64,000 bases of DNA from Takakia lepidozioides (lineage: Eukaryota; Plantae; Bryophyta), in the NCBI GenBank assembly GCA_030704615.1, contig CM060733.1:13144001-13208000 (forward strand). Direction: 5' to 3'. Shown here piece after piece: positions 51,573-64,000 of the stretch. The notes under the pieces were generated by a model. It made no database searches. It worked only from the letters and a program-made list of their open reading frames with translations, and was not told the DNA's origin. Made by a program: the position numbers and the translations under genes. Each line of letters opens with the position of its first letter. Position 1 is the first letter of the stretch.

Positions 51573-51732
51573 CTTGGAAAGATAGATTGTCCTTGGAATG
51601 TGGTGGTTGGAAAACAGGCTGCAATACGTGAATACTACAGTAATTTCTGGTGTTCAAACTTGTTGTAGCTGTTTGCTAATGTCCAACCTGGAATTTGAAA
51701 GGAATAAGCTCAAAGTCTTGTTTTTAAGGTGT

Positions 51733-51814
51733 AGCCTGCAGTGATGATCCACACTAAGTACCATCAACGTCCAAGCTGGTATTGCGTTGACGATGACAAC
51801 TATCTGAGCAGGCT
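51733..51814 (+). ncRNA. Candidate intronic box C/D snoRNA (degenerate paralogue at 50304-50386)
   Basis: Terminal stem AGCCTGC/GCAGGCT, box C GTGATGA at 51741, box D CTGA at 51804, internal TTGA-CGATGA (D'/C'-like). Sense orientation within the intron. Target not identified. Confidence 0.6.
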
Positions 51815-53929
51815 TCCTGTCACATAAAGGCTGTTGCCTTGGTTTTCTAACTGGAGATAGCAGAGAATGGATTTCCTGCAATCGGTTGGCCACTTAGAAG
51901 TTGCTTTCAGGCCTTGATGTCTCCTTGAAGTAGAACAGCTATATCCTGGTTATCTGACCTTGTTGTAGAAGAGTAAGGAAGTTGCTGAAGGTTTGCTCTT
52001 TGGGTTGCTATGCACAAGGGCTTGCCTACAGGTTGTGAGCTGGTCACACCTATTGGTGCCTGTGCAGGGCATCTGTATCTGTTACCAGATATTTTATGAA
52101 CGTACTCAGAAACTGGAATGTTGTTTAGTAGGGATGAGCCATCTCCCTCCACCACTGATCCTACAGTCCTTGACTTGGAAACATTCCAGTGTTCTCAGGA
52201 TTGAGTTGTATTTGAAAATGTATTTCTGCTTGCAAGTTTTAACGAGGATGCGTACAGCATGCAGTGAGGACATATGCAGCTTATAGGTTGAAATGTGCTT
52301 ACTATATTGTATTGACTAGACGTGACAAGTGGGGAACAAGAATGATGAGATGCACTGGGCACTGAGGATGCAAGCACACCGCTTTGTCCATGATGCTTCT
52401 GGGCGTAGAAAACCCTTTTCTGACTCATCTCCTCACAATTGTGTGTTTTCAGGTTGAGTTTGTTGTTTTTATGAGGGTTGACAAATGCATGTGATGTTAT
52501 GCTGGATATCGGGTATGCGATGACAGGACAATTGACGCAGAAAAGTGATGTTTATAGCTTTGGAGTGGTTCTCCTGGAGCTTCTGACTGGTCGGAAACCT
52601 GTGGACCACACCATGCCTCATGGGCAGCAAAGTCTTGTGACCTGGGTAAGTGGAATTCTGCTTCAAATGGATGTATCTGTGTCTTGGCCAAGTCATGCAT
52701 GCCATTGTTGGCCTGCTGTCGTTTAATATGATCTTTGGGCAGATTTAGTGTAGTGACACGTCAAAACATTTGTTCTGGCCATATCCATGGAGCTTTGCAA
52801 CCTTGTGTAGAATTAGGCGAACATCAAAGGCTGGTGGTTGTCTAACTTTCTGTATTTATTACTCTTCAGGCAACACCAAGGTTGAGCGAGGACAAAGTAA
52901 AGCAATGCGTTGATCCCAAGCTGAAGGGCGACTATCCTCCGAAGGCAGTTGCCAAGGTAGGTTTTTGTGTCAACCTTTTGAGTTGCATTCTCATTGCAAG
53001 AGATTGCATAGTAGATGGTCTCTTCAGCACTGGCTGGCTTATGGCAGCCCCTAGCTCCGTATTTAGGTTCTCTCAACAACTGGATAAAGGTTACCGATGC
53101 AAGTTTGGGTTGGAATGGCAGATGGCAGCAGTTGCAGCACTCTGTGTGCAGTACGAAGCGGACTTTCGCCCCAACATGAGTATCGTGGTGAAAGCCCTGC
53201 AACCGCTTCCAACCTCAAGGCCTGCACCACAAGCAGGACCATTGGCAGAGTAACAAGTCTGTGTGATGTTATTAGATTCTTGATTTAGTGCTTGCATGGA
53301 GTCCAAAAACCTTGGGTACCTAGTCTGTGTTTGGCATTGAGGGTTTTATAATAAGGGGTGGTTTGCAAATGGCTTGAGGTCAGTGCTCAAACCACATCTG
53401 CACACAGACCTGCTGCGTTTTGCCTTGCAATTGGCAAGTTTGGAAATGTTAATTTAAAGTTGTGGGTCTGCCCACATGAGTAAGCAGAGGGGATGTCTTG
53501 AGGAAGTTGGAAGCTGGTTTGAACTGTACTTAATGGTGAGATGATATGAGTGGAAGGGCTTGGTGTTTGACATGCGCCAAGTATCTTTGGATAGGCCAGG
53601 CTTTGTTCATCTCTGAACAGTGGCAATGCATGCCTGTTGATGACTGCATGTATAACAGTTTGGGAGGCGAAGATTATTTATTGTCTGGCTGCACCATGAT
53701 TGGATAAAGAGGTTTCTGATTACGAAGCCTGCTCTTTGCCTGCCTGAGCATCTCTCTCAGTTTTGTGGGGGTGTGCCCACATATGTGAATTTGCAGGCAT
53801 GCAGTCTAGTCACAAGACTGTGCATTGTGAAACTTGTCAAAGGTTACTGTAGATATGCTTGTGAGGATTACGGAATAGAGTGAGTGCCTAGGAGCACTGA
53901 AATTGGACGGGGTAGCAGTACCCCTCTTT

Positions 53930-54015
53930 TGCACTTGAGCAGGCAGCCCAGTTGGTGGGAATTTGTGCCTTGCCTGTGCATAACCAGGGTGATCCTGGGT
54001 TCAATCCTTCATGAT
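53930..54015 (+). mobile_element. Possible tRNA-derived SINE head
   Basis: A-box-like GGCAGCCCAGTTGGT and B-box GGGTTCAATCC at plausible spacing, but no clean cloverleaf. Confidence 0.35.
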
Positions 54016-54339
54016 CGTCCTTCTACTGTCCCATTGTCCCCTCGATGGTGTGTGTGTTGAGCAGTAGAATCACTTGAACTTTGGTTTCCTTTCAATTGTT
54101 GGATCACATTGGTTGTTTCACTTCATAGGAGGTGGCAATTGTGTGTGGCTGTCACAGTCAGGCTCATACCTCATACCAGTTAACCCGGGTGCAGATGGAT
54201 GAAGGGTGAATGGATATGTAAAATGCTGCTCTTCAAAATCGAGCTTATCCATGAAGCCTTTCTCTCCGTGGTAGAGCCAAATTTTGCTGGATGAGGGTGG
54301 TTGCCGCTTCAAGTGGGTCACCCTCTGCAAGGGTCCCAC

Positions 54340-55140
54340 CGAATGTTAAGGGCTTTGAAAGCCCGTTGTTGTTCCTCTCGAAGGGTAGCTGAGACCGTCT
54401 CTCCCAAAGTGCGGGAGCTGCTGCTGGATGGTCCGGTGCTTCCCTTGGCTATGCTAGCCCAAGTAGAAGCCTCCGCCTTATGAGCTTGGAGCTCTCGAGC
54501 CATAGACGATGTCGCAGCCCTGTGGGATTCGAGCTCCTTAGAAAGAGTTTCCACCTGCTGGTGGATACTTGCCGTGAGGGTACTTGAAGTGTCCTTCTCT
54601 GTAAGGGCCCTCACCTCCCTTTCTAATTTAGAGAGACGTGTAGTGGATGTTGTAGAATTGAGCTGTTTCAGCAGGCCTTCCACTTTGGTATTGCTCTCCA
54701 GAAGGGGAGCTCGCAAGACGTCCACTTCCGCCCGTAGATTCTCCACGTCCCTGTCTTTGGCTACGAGTAAATTCTGCAGAGTCTCTTCTGAGACGCAACG
54801 AGATTGCAGGATAACAATCTGCTCTCGTAGGATCTGAATGTCTGCACTCCTAGTGTAATACTGGCGCAACGGAGAGGTATGCTGAGGGCTCGGGGCAGGA
54901 AGAAGGAGGAGAGGAGTATCAGGGAGAGGCGAGGGTGAGACCCCATCTTCGTCCCCAGTCCATTGTCGTTTAGACGAGGACATGGCGGAGAGGGCTGGGG
55001 CGCCCACGCCTACACGCATGAGCGGGCGCCGACGCGCTGACACGCACGGCGAAGAGAGAGAGCGGAACGAGGAGGTGAGAGAAAAAACGAAAGAAAGATG
55101 AGATAAAGATGTACTCATAAGACTTTGTTTTCTATAGCCT
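54340..55140 (-). mobile_element. LINE 5' end with ORF1 coiled-coil, truncated
   Basis: MSSSKRQW...heptad coiled coil...STWASIAKG...LREEQQRAFKALNIR, typical of LINE ORF1 before the RRM. Immediately preceded by a degenerate LINE 3' end (GTACTCATAAGAC at about 55110). Confidence 0.7.
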
Positions 55141-56429
55141 ATGAGGGAGAGAGAAACTGAGAGATGGAGAGAGAGAGAGATGGGGGTTTGAGAGATGAAT
55201 GTGGGGTGTAGCCATGGCTCAATGAAGATAAGATGAGGGTAGCACTGGCAGAGAAGCATGTACGTGGGGCTGCTACTCGCACCACTAGAGCTGCTGTCAA
55301 GGCCTTCTCCCATGAGCCAAGGTTTGAAGGTACGTGCAAATCTCTCTTCTCCTTTGTTTGTGGACGGAGGAACCGTCCCATTGAACATGCCAAAAAATGT
55401 TGACAGAGCACCTGTCACGCACCTACTGCTCCATATGACGCAACGCAACGGCTTTTAACAAGCCGCACTTCATCTTTGGTTGCATAGCAATACATTGCAG
55501 CCACCTCTGTTGGTTGTTCAAGTTCTAGTAACCAGGCATCCCTGATGCTAGGCAATGAATAATTTTTTGATCATCAACCACATGCCCTGACAGTGAGGGA
55601 AGGGCCCTCGAAAGATCTGGTGCAGCATGGTCGAAGAGCAAGCTACATCCACAGGTTCTCCACCTAATGAAGATGCTTTTTGACATTGAAACCTACAATC
55701 TCTTTACGAATTGTTTTTTTTTTCATCACTCATAGAATATGGTCCTTGTCTTATTAGGGCTATCTGAGAGTAGGGACTTTTGGTACTGCTCCAGGTTAGA
55801 GCAAATGCACCAATGGGAACAAGGAATTGAAAGATTTAAATTTCACCTTCCTATGGCCATCTGTTTAGTGAAGCAGTCCATCTCGTAAGTAGATGATCCC
55901 TTGATGGTCTGTGGATCGCTGCAGACTTGGTGTGAAACTGAAGTGACCAATTTAGGAGTGTTCTGCAAAACAATCTCCTGTGCATAGCATTACAAGGAAT
56001 CCCTAGGTGTCCATGTACACGTGATTACATTCTTTTGTGTAAAATCATACTCATGTTAACTTTCAGGGCAGATATGATGCTTTTGTTGGGGCCATAAGGT
56101 TGCATGGAGAAGAGAGGGGGTCACGGGGATTTGTTAACTTTAACATTGCACTTTGATTTCTCTTCCTTTGCACATACATTGCGTTCATACCTCAATGTCT
56201 CAATTTCAATAATTGTTTATACTGAATAACTGTGATGAAGCTCTAAATCCTTACATTCCTTTGTCTCAAACACGATCTACTTCACATGTTTCCTCTTCCA
56301 AAATGTCTGATCTGAAAGTTACAATCCCCTAATGCACTGTTGAGCAATCTATTGGTCTAGTTGAATAACGTTCAAGGGTGATGAAGTCTGAATGTGGTCT
56401 GTTCTGTCGCCGTTTTGTAGACTATAGGA

Positions 56430-56941
56430 GCTGCAGGTTCCACCAAGAAGGTATGGAGGAGCCTAATGTTTTGCCTATAGCTGATATGGTGGAATATGTC
56501 CAGAGGATGTTGCGAGTCGGAGTTCCTTTCAACTCAACATCGCATATCCTAGACAGCTCAAGAGGTTCTTAACAAAGGCGCTGGGATACAAATTCAAGGT
56601 GTTCGATCTCTTCACAATTGAAGAATTGTCAGACACTCCTTCCAACTAGGGAGCATGGAGCAAATTGGGGGATAAGCCGCCCTTGCACAACTTGACGTTA
56701 GGGTCCCTCGGAGGAAGATTGCAAGATCGTTGCAGGTGTTGTCAGGTATGAGTCCCTCCTCTTGGATTTTCATTCTGAATCTGTATTGTCAATTCTAACT
56801 TGAATATCCGAGTCATGTTTGATATTGATTTTTCTCTCTCATGTTTGTCAGGTGCCCATTATGAAAGGCGATTTCGGGCATTGCCCTTGACCCGACGGCA
56901 ATACAATGTCACTGTGCCCATGGCACTTTGGCATATTGACT
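56430..56941 (+). pseudogene. IS3EU-like DDE transposase fragment, spliced
   Basis: EHGANWG...ALAQLDVRVPRRKIARSLQVLSG|AHYERRFRALPLTRRQYNVTVPMALWHID matches the RRxYxVxxPxxLWHxD motif. GT-AG intron at about 56746-56851. Confidence 0.6.
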
Positions 56942-57129
56942 GTGAGTTTGTGTTACATTTAGCAAGTTTCAATCTAGTTGCTTGCATGTGTATTGTTGGT
57001 TTTCTGGAGGGGGGCATGGGATTACGCTTACTTACCCGGGTTGATATCAGTATTGATACCCAGGTTGGACCTATATACCAGTCCGACACTGGTATTACCT
57101 CACCTAAAGGCCCATATATGGTTTTTAGT

Positions 57130-57579
57130 GGGATGGCACAACGGGCTTGGCGGGCAGGAACTTCGGAACACAAAGTCTTGTTCATCAGATTTAGGAACAA
57201 GGCTGCTCGTGAGAGGGTTCTACATCAGAGGCCTCACTTGAGAGGCCACGGCATGTACCTCAATGACGACTTGACCCCCATGCAATACAATGTCATGCGG
57301 GCTCAACTCGCACAGGTTAAGCAAGCTCAGGCACAGGGACACTACGCGGTGTTCCGTGATGGCAGAGTCATCATTCGAGAACAGGAACGTCGCCCCTCTA
57401 ACTCTAAATAGGGGTTGGGGCCCCATGAGACCAACTCACGCTCGCATCTGAACATAGGCTCATGGAATTGCAATGGTTCTTTGTGGAGCCATCCTCAAGG
57501 GCTTCTCGACATCATCTCCAAGTGTGATATTCTCTTTCTCTTGGAAACACATGCATACGAAGGCAAAGACCCTCCCTCG
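57130..57579 (+). mobile_element. LINE fragment: ORF1 C-terminus and start of ORF2 APE endonuclease
   Basis: VLFIRFRNKAARERVL..LRGHGMYLNDDLTP..AVFRDGRVII*, then LNIGSWNCNGSL..CDILFLLETH. Cut at 57580 by an LTR-like sequence. Confidence 0.8.
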
Positions 57580-59875
57580 TGTCGCGCACCTCACTTCGGT
57601 AAGCTCCCCTTCAAGTCATAGTTAGTCGCTTTGATGCGCGCGCCTAACTCCCAACCTGGCCGCCGGACCAACTCGGAGCTTCGACTGCTCACCAGGACAT
57701 AACGGTCCCCCTTTCTTCTCCCAACAGACCCTCCACCAATTTGGGCCTAGTGGAAATTCCCTTTGGTAGATGGCAGTCCGGAATAGCTCCCCACTCCTTG
57801 GTCGCTTTCCGGTTCACTCGCTTACTCATTAGTTTTTGGTCACCAACGGGCTTGCACCGTTCTCGGGTTTTACTACTCCCTATATATACTTCTATGACTG
57901 TCCGCGGGGGTTTCACAAACAACCATGCCATTTTATGGCGAACCACCACGAAGACCCTCGATTCCCGGTGATGAGTCGCGGTGAGTCTTGGCCCACCCAC
58001 CACGGCCCCATTGGACCGTGGTGAGTCCCAAGACTCCCCACGATTCCCACCACAAGGTCTCCGCCCCATGGTGAGTCTTATGCCACCCCTACTAAGTCCC
58101 ACTAAACTACCACCACCCCTTGTGGAGCCACCCCCACCGCAACCCGGTGTGTGAGGCTCGACCTAGTGAGTGCCTCTGCCTCCTTGAGTGCCTTGGGCAC
58201 TCAAGGGTGCTTCAGCCCCCCGTACCTATTGTTGCACCGCCCCCACCACAGGGGCAGCCCCCCTGCGTCCCGACCCCTTGCCCTCAAGGCAAAAGTCCGC
58301 GACACACACCCTTACCAACAGGGAGTCGATGAGGACATCGACTTGTCCATTTTGTAGAAACGAACATCCAAGTTGTGGTGTCCCACATCAAGGAGTTTGT
58401 TTCCGCACCATGGCGTCCCATGGCAAAGAACCAAACCCCACACTTGACTCTACTCTCCACTAGCTAGTTCGGCCGACTTTCTTCAAGTTCCGGCCAAGGG
58501 TGGAGCTTTTCAAGCTCCTCCCAGTGTACCCTTCTTGGCCCACTTCACGGCCAAGGAACGATCCTCCCCGATGATCGAATCGCCTTACTGCAACAACATT
58601 GCTTGCGACCGCTCATGATGCCGCTTTTGGCATCACCTTGAACCCTTTTTGACTAGGAAGATAACCTTGAACTAATCGTGCGCCCCAATCACTACAATTG
58701 GGTCCGCCTTGGAATGCTGGCCTGAGGTACGGGAACACACCGAAGCCGCACTACGACTTCGTCCCGAGGCTACACGATTATAGTACGTGAACGGAAGCAC
58801 GTAGCTTCCGCGTTAGCCCGCACTACAAGGCAACCCCCTCGGTAGCGCAGTTATAGTACGCGCACGCGCCAGGTGCGCACTAGCACGTGAACTCCCAAAG
58901 AAGGCGCAAGTTTCCTTGCCCCTTGGATGGGAGTCACCCGATTTCGGCACTGCGCAAACACACGATTAATCCAATTTACCTCTCCCACTTTTGTAAGCTA
59001 GCATGCATTCTACACACTAGCCAACCATACCATGCATCACCATTCCAAACAAAATAGGAGGCGCAACATTTGGAAACCATTTCATTTATAACAAAATTTG
59101 TACAACACACAAGTTTTTGCAATCGGATTCCTGAGCTAGCTAAGCCGGGCTAAGCATGCTTTTCCTCCCCCACGATCCAAGGTTGATGTCTTCATCAACG
59201 CTTCTTCCGTTTTTGAGGTCGCCCTTCAAAAGCTGCAACCGCCTCGGATGCATTTCCCATTTCTGAGGCACGCACCCAAGATGCCTCCACATGATGATAG
59301 CCCTTCCATTTCACGAGATACTCCGTTTCTCGATTCTTGAACCTCCTCGACTTAAGCACTGCCTCCACCTCGTACTCAGGTTCATTTTCTTGATCTAACA
59401 GCACAGGTGGCGGACGCAACATTTGATGCCGATTCGGACGTGTTTCATCTTTGAAGTAAGGCTTCAAAAGGGAGACGTAGAATATCGGATGCACCTTGCT
59501 GTTTGCCGGCAGGTCCAATTCATACACATCCTCATTCATAACCTTCCGGATGCGAAAGGGTCCCGCATACGGAGGTACGAACTTCGGACTCACTTCTGGA
59601 GGTAGTCGAAAATTCTTGATGTTCAACCAGACCTCCGTGCCTGCCTCAAACTTGACTTCCCTCCGCTTCCGATTTGTCTGCCGTTCATACTTTGGATTTA
59701 CACAGAAGGTCGGACAGCGGCCCCGCGATCTTGGCGAAATTTCTCACATACTTCCGGTAATAGGAGGCGAGTTCTAGGAAGGATCGCACTCCCGAGACCG
59801 AAGTCGGAGGCTCCCAGTCTTAGATCGCCCTCACCTTTCTGTCATCCATTTTGATCCCATCCTGTGTAATCACAT
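57580..59875 (-). mobile_element. Chromovirus (Ty3/gypsy) remnant: RT thumb fused by deletion to integrase GPY/F plus chromodomain, PPT and probable 3' LTR
   Basis: DWEPPTSVSGVRSFLELASYYRKYVRNFAKIAGPLSDLL (59700-59820); YAGPFRI..YELDLP..VHPIFYVSLLKPY..EYEVEAVLKSRR..EYLVKWKGY..EASW (59195-59650); PPT GGGGGAGGAAAA at about 59160-59171. Putative TG...CA LTR 59156-57580, boundaries less certain. Confidence 0.85.
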
Positions 59876-62098
59876 GCAGTCTTGTCAAATCATCCCAAAA
59901 GACACCACCCAATCATCCAAGACAAAACAGGGTGGGAGGGCGGGGTTTGTTCTTGTGTGGGACAAGATAAGATATTGCTGTCCCTGTGCAGGTTGCAAGG
60001 CCTCTTGGTTCACCCTGTACACATACCAGCAGCTTACCATTTCAGCCATTAATTATGGCAGGTCATGCATCAGCCAAGGCATAAGGACCAGCCTGCAGTT
60101 TGTCAGAATCTCAATATGCCACCAAGCAGTCCAACTTGAGCAAGATGGAATAGATTCCATATCATTTGTATTCACCCCGAGACATGTGATCATACAAGGT
60201 ATCAAGGGAATGTGAATGCAGCCTGTCAAATTGCAAGTTCAGGACTTGTACCAACAAGCAGCATGAACAGCCGAGATCCAGCCTCTTTTGTATATAAAAA
60301 ACCAGATTGCAGGTCATAGGCCTGATGTCATGACAGATCCAAAACTATAGGTAGGATCCCATTGCAGCTTACCATCCTCATCCTTCAAGAGTTCCATGCT
60401 AAGACATGCAAATAACACCTTACTATGATCCAGTACACATCAGAAGCAGGCCTGAAAAGGAGCAGGGCAATACCCTACCATGCCGCCTTAAACTTCAAGG
60501 CCACCAGGTCCATAGATACCCAAAACCGCCAAAAACATACCACCAAAAACCAGATCCTCTTTGGCCCAAAGAACTTACAACCTAGCTTAATAATCCACAC
60601 GCTTTGTTGTCAAAGATCAAAATGTAGGGTATGGTTTGTATGCAAGCCTCAGGAAACAGGCCAGTCAGACCGAGCTGCGCATCGGTGGCAGAACGACAAA
60701 GGCCAGAACGCAGGCTGTAGCATGACAAGCCAGGGGCAGTCGGGTTGAAATCGGGGCTGCAGGCAGCAGCCACCTCACAACGCACAAACCCATAGGTCTC
60801 CTCAGCCCATATCCCAATCTGCATGCTCAAGAAACTTCAAAGTAGGTGAGGATCCTCACCTGGTCCCATCACAAGCCCCCACAAAAACCAACAGGTTAGT
60901 GAGGATTGTGGAACCCCAAGTGAATCACAGACCCTCACACTTGTCATCGATGTCAACTAAGAAACTCAAAAGCAAGAGAAAGAGATAAGAACATGAGAAT
61001 CCCTAAACTCCAAAGGCACCTTAAGCGATTGGGGAAGAGGGTTATGCGCCATCACCACCTGTAGCAAGCCGCCTCCACAAAGCACGGCACAATCGCAAGA
61101 CACTAGAAAGGAGGGAGAGAACTTCCCATCATAAGCACCCTTGCTAAGCACAAAAAAAGCCAGAGGAGGGAAGATGCCACTGCATTCATATTGGTGTTTC
61201 CCGCTGCAAGAGAGACAAGGCGCCGCCTTCGCGCCCCCCCCAGGCGCTCGTCCAGCATGGGTACGACACCACAAACGGGCAGCCACCGAAGCACGTCCGC
61301 CATAACACTCTCATCGCGAGCTCAGAAGCACGCGATGTGCTTCTGACAGCGAGAGAGACGACATAGGGTTTTTTGTCCCCCGATTATTCATCCGTGGATG
61401 AAAAACAGTAGGACGCATCCGTATATCCTGACGGATTTCATCCGCAACAAGGTTAAAAATAGGTTTTGGGATAGGGGTTAGGGTGTCCACCGTAATTAAT
61501 CATAATTAGGGGTAGTAAAGATCAATTCCAGGCCATAATCACATCATCCATAGACAGATCACTTGTGTCAGGATGAAAAAGTAGGGAATATCATCCGTGG
61601 CAGCGTCTTACCTCCATCTAGGTAATTCTATCATTCCTCACCAGACCATCCGGTATGGATAAAAAAAATCAATAAAAGAGGAATGAAAAATTATCATCCT
61701 GGTAGTTTTTCAACCGGTACGGATGGAAAAACAGGATGCTGTTGGCAACCTCCATAGACATAATTCGTGTCTTCCATGGTGACTCATCCAGTATGGATGA
61801 GAGTCAATAAAGGAGGAATGAAAAGGCCAAAAAAACCATCCTAGAGGTAATTCAGTGTCCATCCTGGTGGCTCATCCGGTATGGATGAAAAAGCCTGATA
61901 GAGTATGAGAAAACAAGAAGTCAACACTGATAGCAAACTGCCAATTCCCAGTAGAGAGGGAGACAAAGGGAGAGAGGGGGCAACAAAGAAAAAACAAATA
62001 GGTGGGGGGGGGGGAGTGACTGAGCAGCTGCTACTCAGTCACTCCCCCCCCCCCCCACCTTCCTCTTTTTCTTTTTGTTTCTTGATCTCTCCCTCTCA

Positions 62099-62153
<55 letters not shown>

Positions 62154-63750
62154 CTTTCGTGCTGTTCACAAAAAAAAAAAACCACAGAGGGAAAGAGGGG
62201 GTAGAAAAAGTTAATAAGAGAGAGGGAGAGAGTGGGAAGATATTCATGTCATGTCAAGACATGGACAAGACCAACTAGGGTCATTGTCAATTAAAGACAT
62301 AAACAACCCCATGACAGGGCACCATCTAACATTTCCAATCTTGTCATAACACACCAAGTGACGCCACCCATTCAGTCATGATAAAACAGGGTGGGAGGGC
62401 GGGGTATGTTCATAATCAGATTCCTGTCATGTACCCAAGTGACCCTCTTGCACAATATAAGTCAGATTGCAGCCTCAGATTACATCATCCATAGTTATCC
62501 ATAAGATATGCACCATGCAAGATATCATGGGCATATAAGAACATCTTACCACATTACAGATCCAAGATATGTATACACAAGTACCTTGAGGTGATCCAAG
62601 ACAAGCATTATGCAAAGTAGGTAAGAACAGCCTGCCCTACAACACATTCAAGGAGTGTTCACACCGGTAGCAGGAAGGACCAGCCTGCAATTAATTACAC
62701 TTCGGGCCTGCCACCAAGTACACTTCTTGGGCATGGCAAGCTATATTGCAGCTTCACATTTGGCCAAATGTAAGCACCCCAAAGCAAGCATCGTGCAAGG
62801 CCTTCTGGATATGTAAGAACAGCCTGTCATTATACATATTCAGGACCTGTGCACATAGGACTCTTGTTGGCCCAGCCTGCAGTAAATCAACCTCCAAACA
62901 TGCAACCAAGTGATCACTTTGGGCATGACAAGACTGACTGCGACTTCATTCTACATCATGTACAGTTGCCCCAAGATATGCATCATGTAAGGCATTTTGG
63001 CATGGAAGAAAGGCCTGCCCTGTCACAGCATCCAGATATGGACACACATACAATTTGAGTGCCCAAGACCAAGCCCTCTTGGCCATGATAAATCATACAA
63101 TGCAGGTGGTTGTTCATATGGCAAAATAAAGTAACTAATCACTGGCCAGAGTCTTTTAGAGCTTACCATCACTGTTTCACAGAAGGCTAATGCCATGTTT
63201 TGCAAATGGAACCTCACTATGCTCCATTCCACAACAAATCCAGGTCTGAAAACGGCCTGTCATTGCCTTATCAGGCTGTCTTCTTTAACAAAAACCAAAC
63301 CTCCTCATCCTTAGAGCCAAACAGCCACTGATGACTTTATCCTTACACCATCAATCCTCTTTTAAGGCCAGAAAAAGGGACCTAGTCTAAAAATCCACAG
63401 ACAAAGTTGTCAAAGATTCAAGACATGGTAGGACTCACATGTTGTGCTGCATGAGACAAAGCTGCCAGGCCAAAATGCTCCATCAGCAGCAGCAAAAGAT
63501 AAGTCAAAAGCCAGCATCATCATGTCAAACCGGGAGCAAGCAGGCCGAAATCGGGGCTGCAGGCAGCAGCAGTATGTTCCTTTTGCACACATCCTTATTT
63601 GTAAGCTCAAGAGAATTCAAAGTAGGTAGGGATCCTCACCTAATCCCATCACAAGCCCCCACAAAAACCAATGGATTAGTGAAGATTGTGGAACCCCAGG
63701 TGAATCACAGACCCCTACACTTGTTATCGATGTCAACTAAGAACCCCAAA
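59875..63750. repeat. Two diverged direct copies of an unidentified repeat (~59875-60965 and ~62330-63745)
   Basis: Shared ACAGGGTGGGAGGGCGGGGT (about 59927 and 62386) and a block from GAAATCGGGGCTGCAGGCAGCAGC to GATGTCAACTAAGAA (60747-60963 vs 63547-63743). Confidence 0.7.
62103..62148 (+). repeat. (CT)n microsatellite
   Basis: About 23 CT units. Confidence 0.95.
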
Positions 63751-63784
63751 AACAAGGACAAAGAGAGGGAGTGAGAGGGTGAGT

Positions 63785-64000
63785 TGCCCAAAAACTAGGC
63801 CTCAGAAGGGACTGGGTTTTTGGCTTAGCCTCGACTCCCATCCACATGTGGAAGGTGACATGGCGTACAATTACGCACATGGTCCTTCCATACCATGCCA
63901 TCTCGACCCTCCAGAATCAACACTCGTGAAGGCCTCCCGTACCCGTAGAATCACACGCCCTGCTGTGACATCCAAGGTTGTAGGTGTTGTCTGCTGCAGA
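63785..64000 (-). mobile_element. Short LINE fragment joined to a second copy of the PHD-type gypsy integrase C-terminal region
   Basis: 63785-63833 matches LINE 50733-50780, and 63838-64000 matches 2852-3020. Confidence 0.8.

Larger units (their letters stand above)
48735..53253 (+). pseudogene. PTI1: PTI1-like receptor-like cytoplasmic kinase (RLCK VIII) pseudogene
   Basis: Exons [27 protein letters not shown]; [66 protein letters not shown]; [32 protein letters not shown]; [16 protein letters not shown]; [28 protein letters not shown]. Stop at 49751-49753, subdomain III-V exon disrupted, mutated acceptor at about 52511. Confidence 0.92.

Noticed and set aside
53930-54015. Functional tRNA gene
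   Set aside because: A- and B-box-like motifs only, with no convincing acceptor or anticodon stems.
54318-55448. 376-aa ORF as a single gene
   Set aside because: The first ~155 codons run through non-coding CT-rich DNA and a LINE tail. Only the part from MSSSKRQ looks like real ORF1.

Overview
Eukaryotic, intron-containing plant DNA, most likely from a non-seed land plant such as a bryophyte or lycophyte (an inference from the TE families). It is almost entirely transposons and pseudogenes. The main structure is a ~29.9 kb Mutator-like element (6131-35994) with ~250-300 bp TIRs and a perfect 9-bp TSD (AATAAAGAG). It carries a MULE/SWIM transposase, a Ulp1 SUMO-protease gene and several orphan ORFs. 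A second ~11.3 kb Mutator-type element (~22434-33748) is nested in the Ulp1 gene. It encodes a GCM-like/DDE/SWIM transposase and, divergently, a spliced gene joining a ParB/Srx-like domain (DGNHR) to a beta-class N6/N4 DNA-methyltransferase fold. Two introns of that gene hold arrays of a 22-bp palindrome (TGAATGTCGTTGACGACATTCA). The same core recurs in tandem in a non-autonomous relative at 645-2845. This protein-plus-palindrome pairing is the best candidate for an undescribed system, possibly transposon self-marking or anti-silencing. The remainder holds a rearranged cytosolic alpha-glucan phosphorylase (PHS2) pseudogene, a PTI1-like kinase pseudogene with an intronic C/D snoRNA candidate, RTE/RTEX-like LINE pieces, an IS3EU-like transposase remnant, and Ty3/gypsy remnants with a PHD finger or chromodomain. 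All domain calls come from motif recognition by eye; no searches were run.
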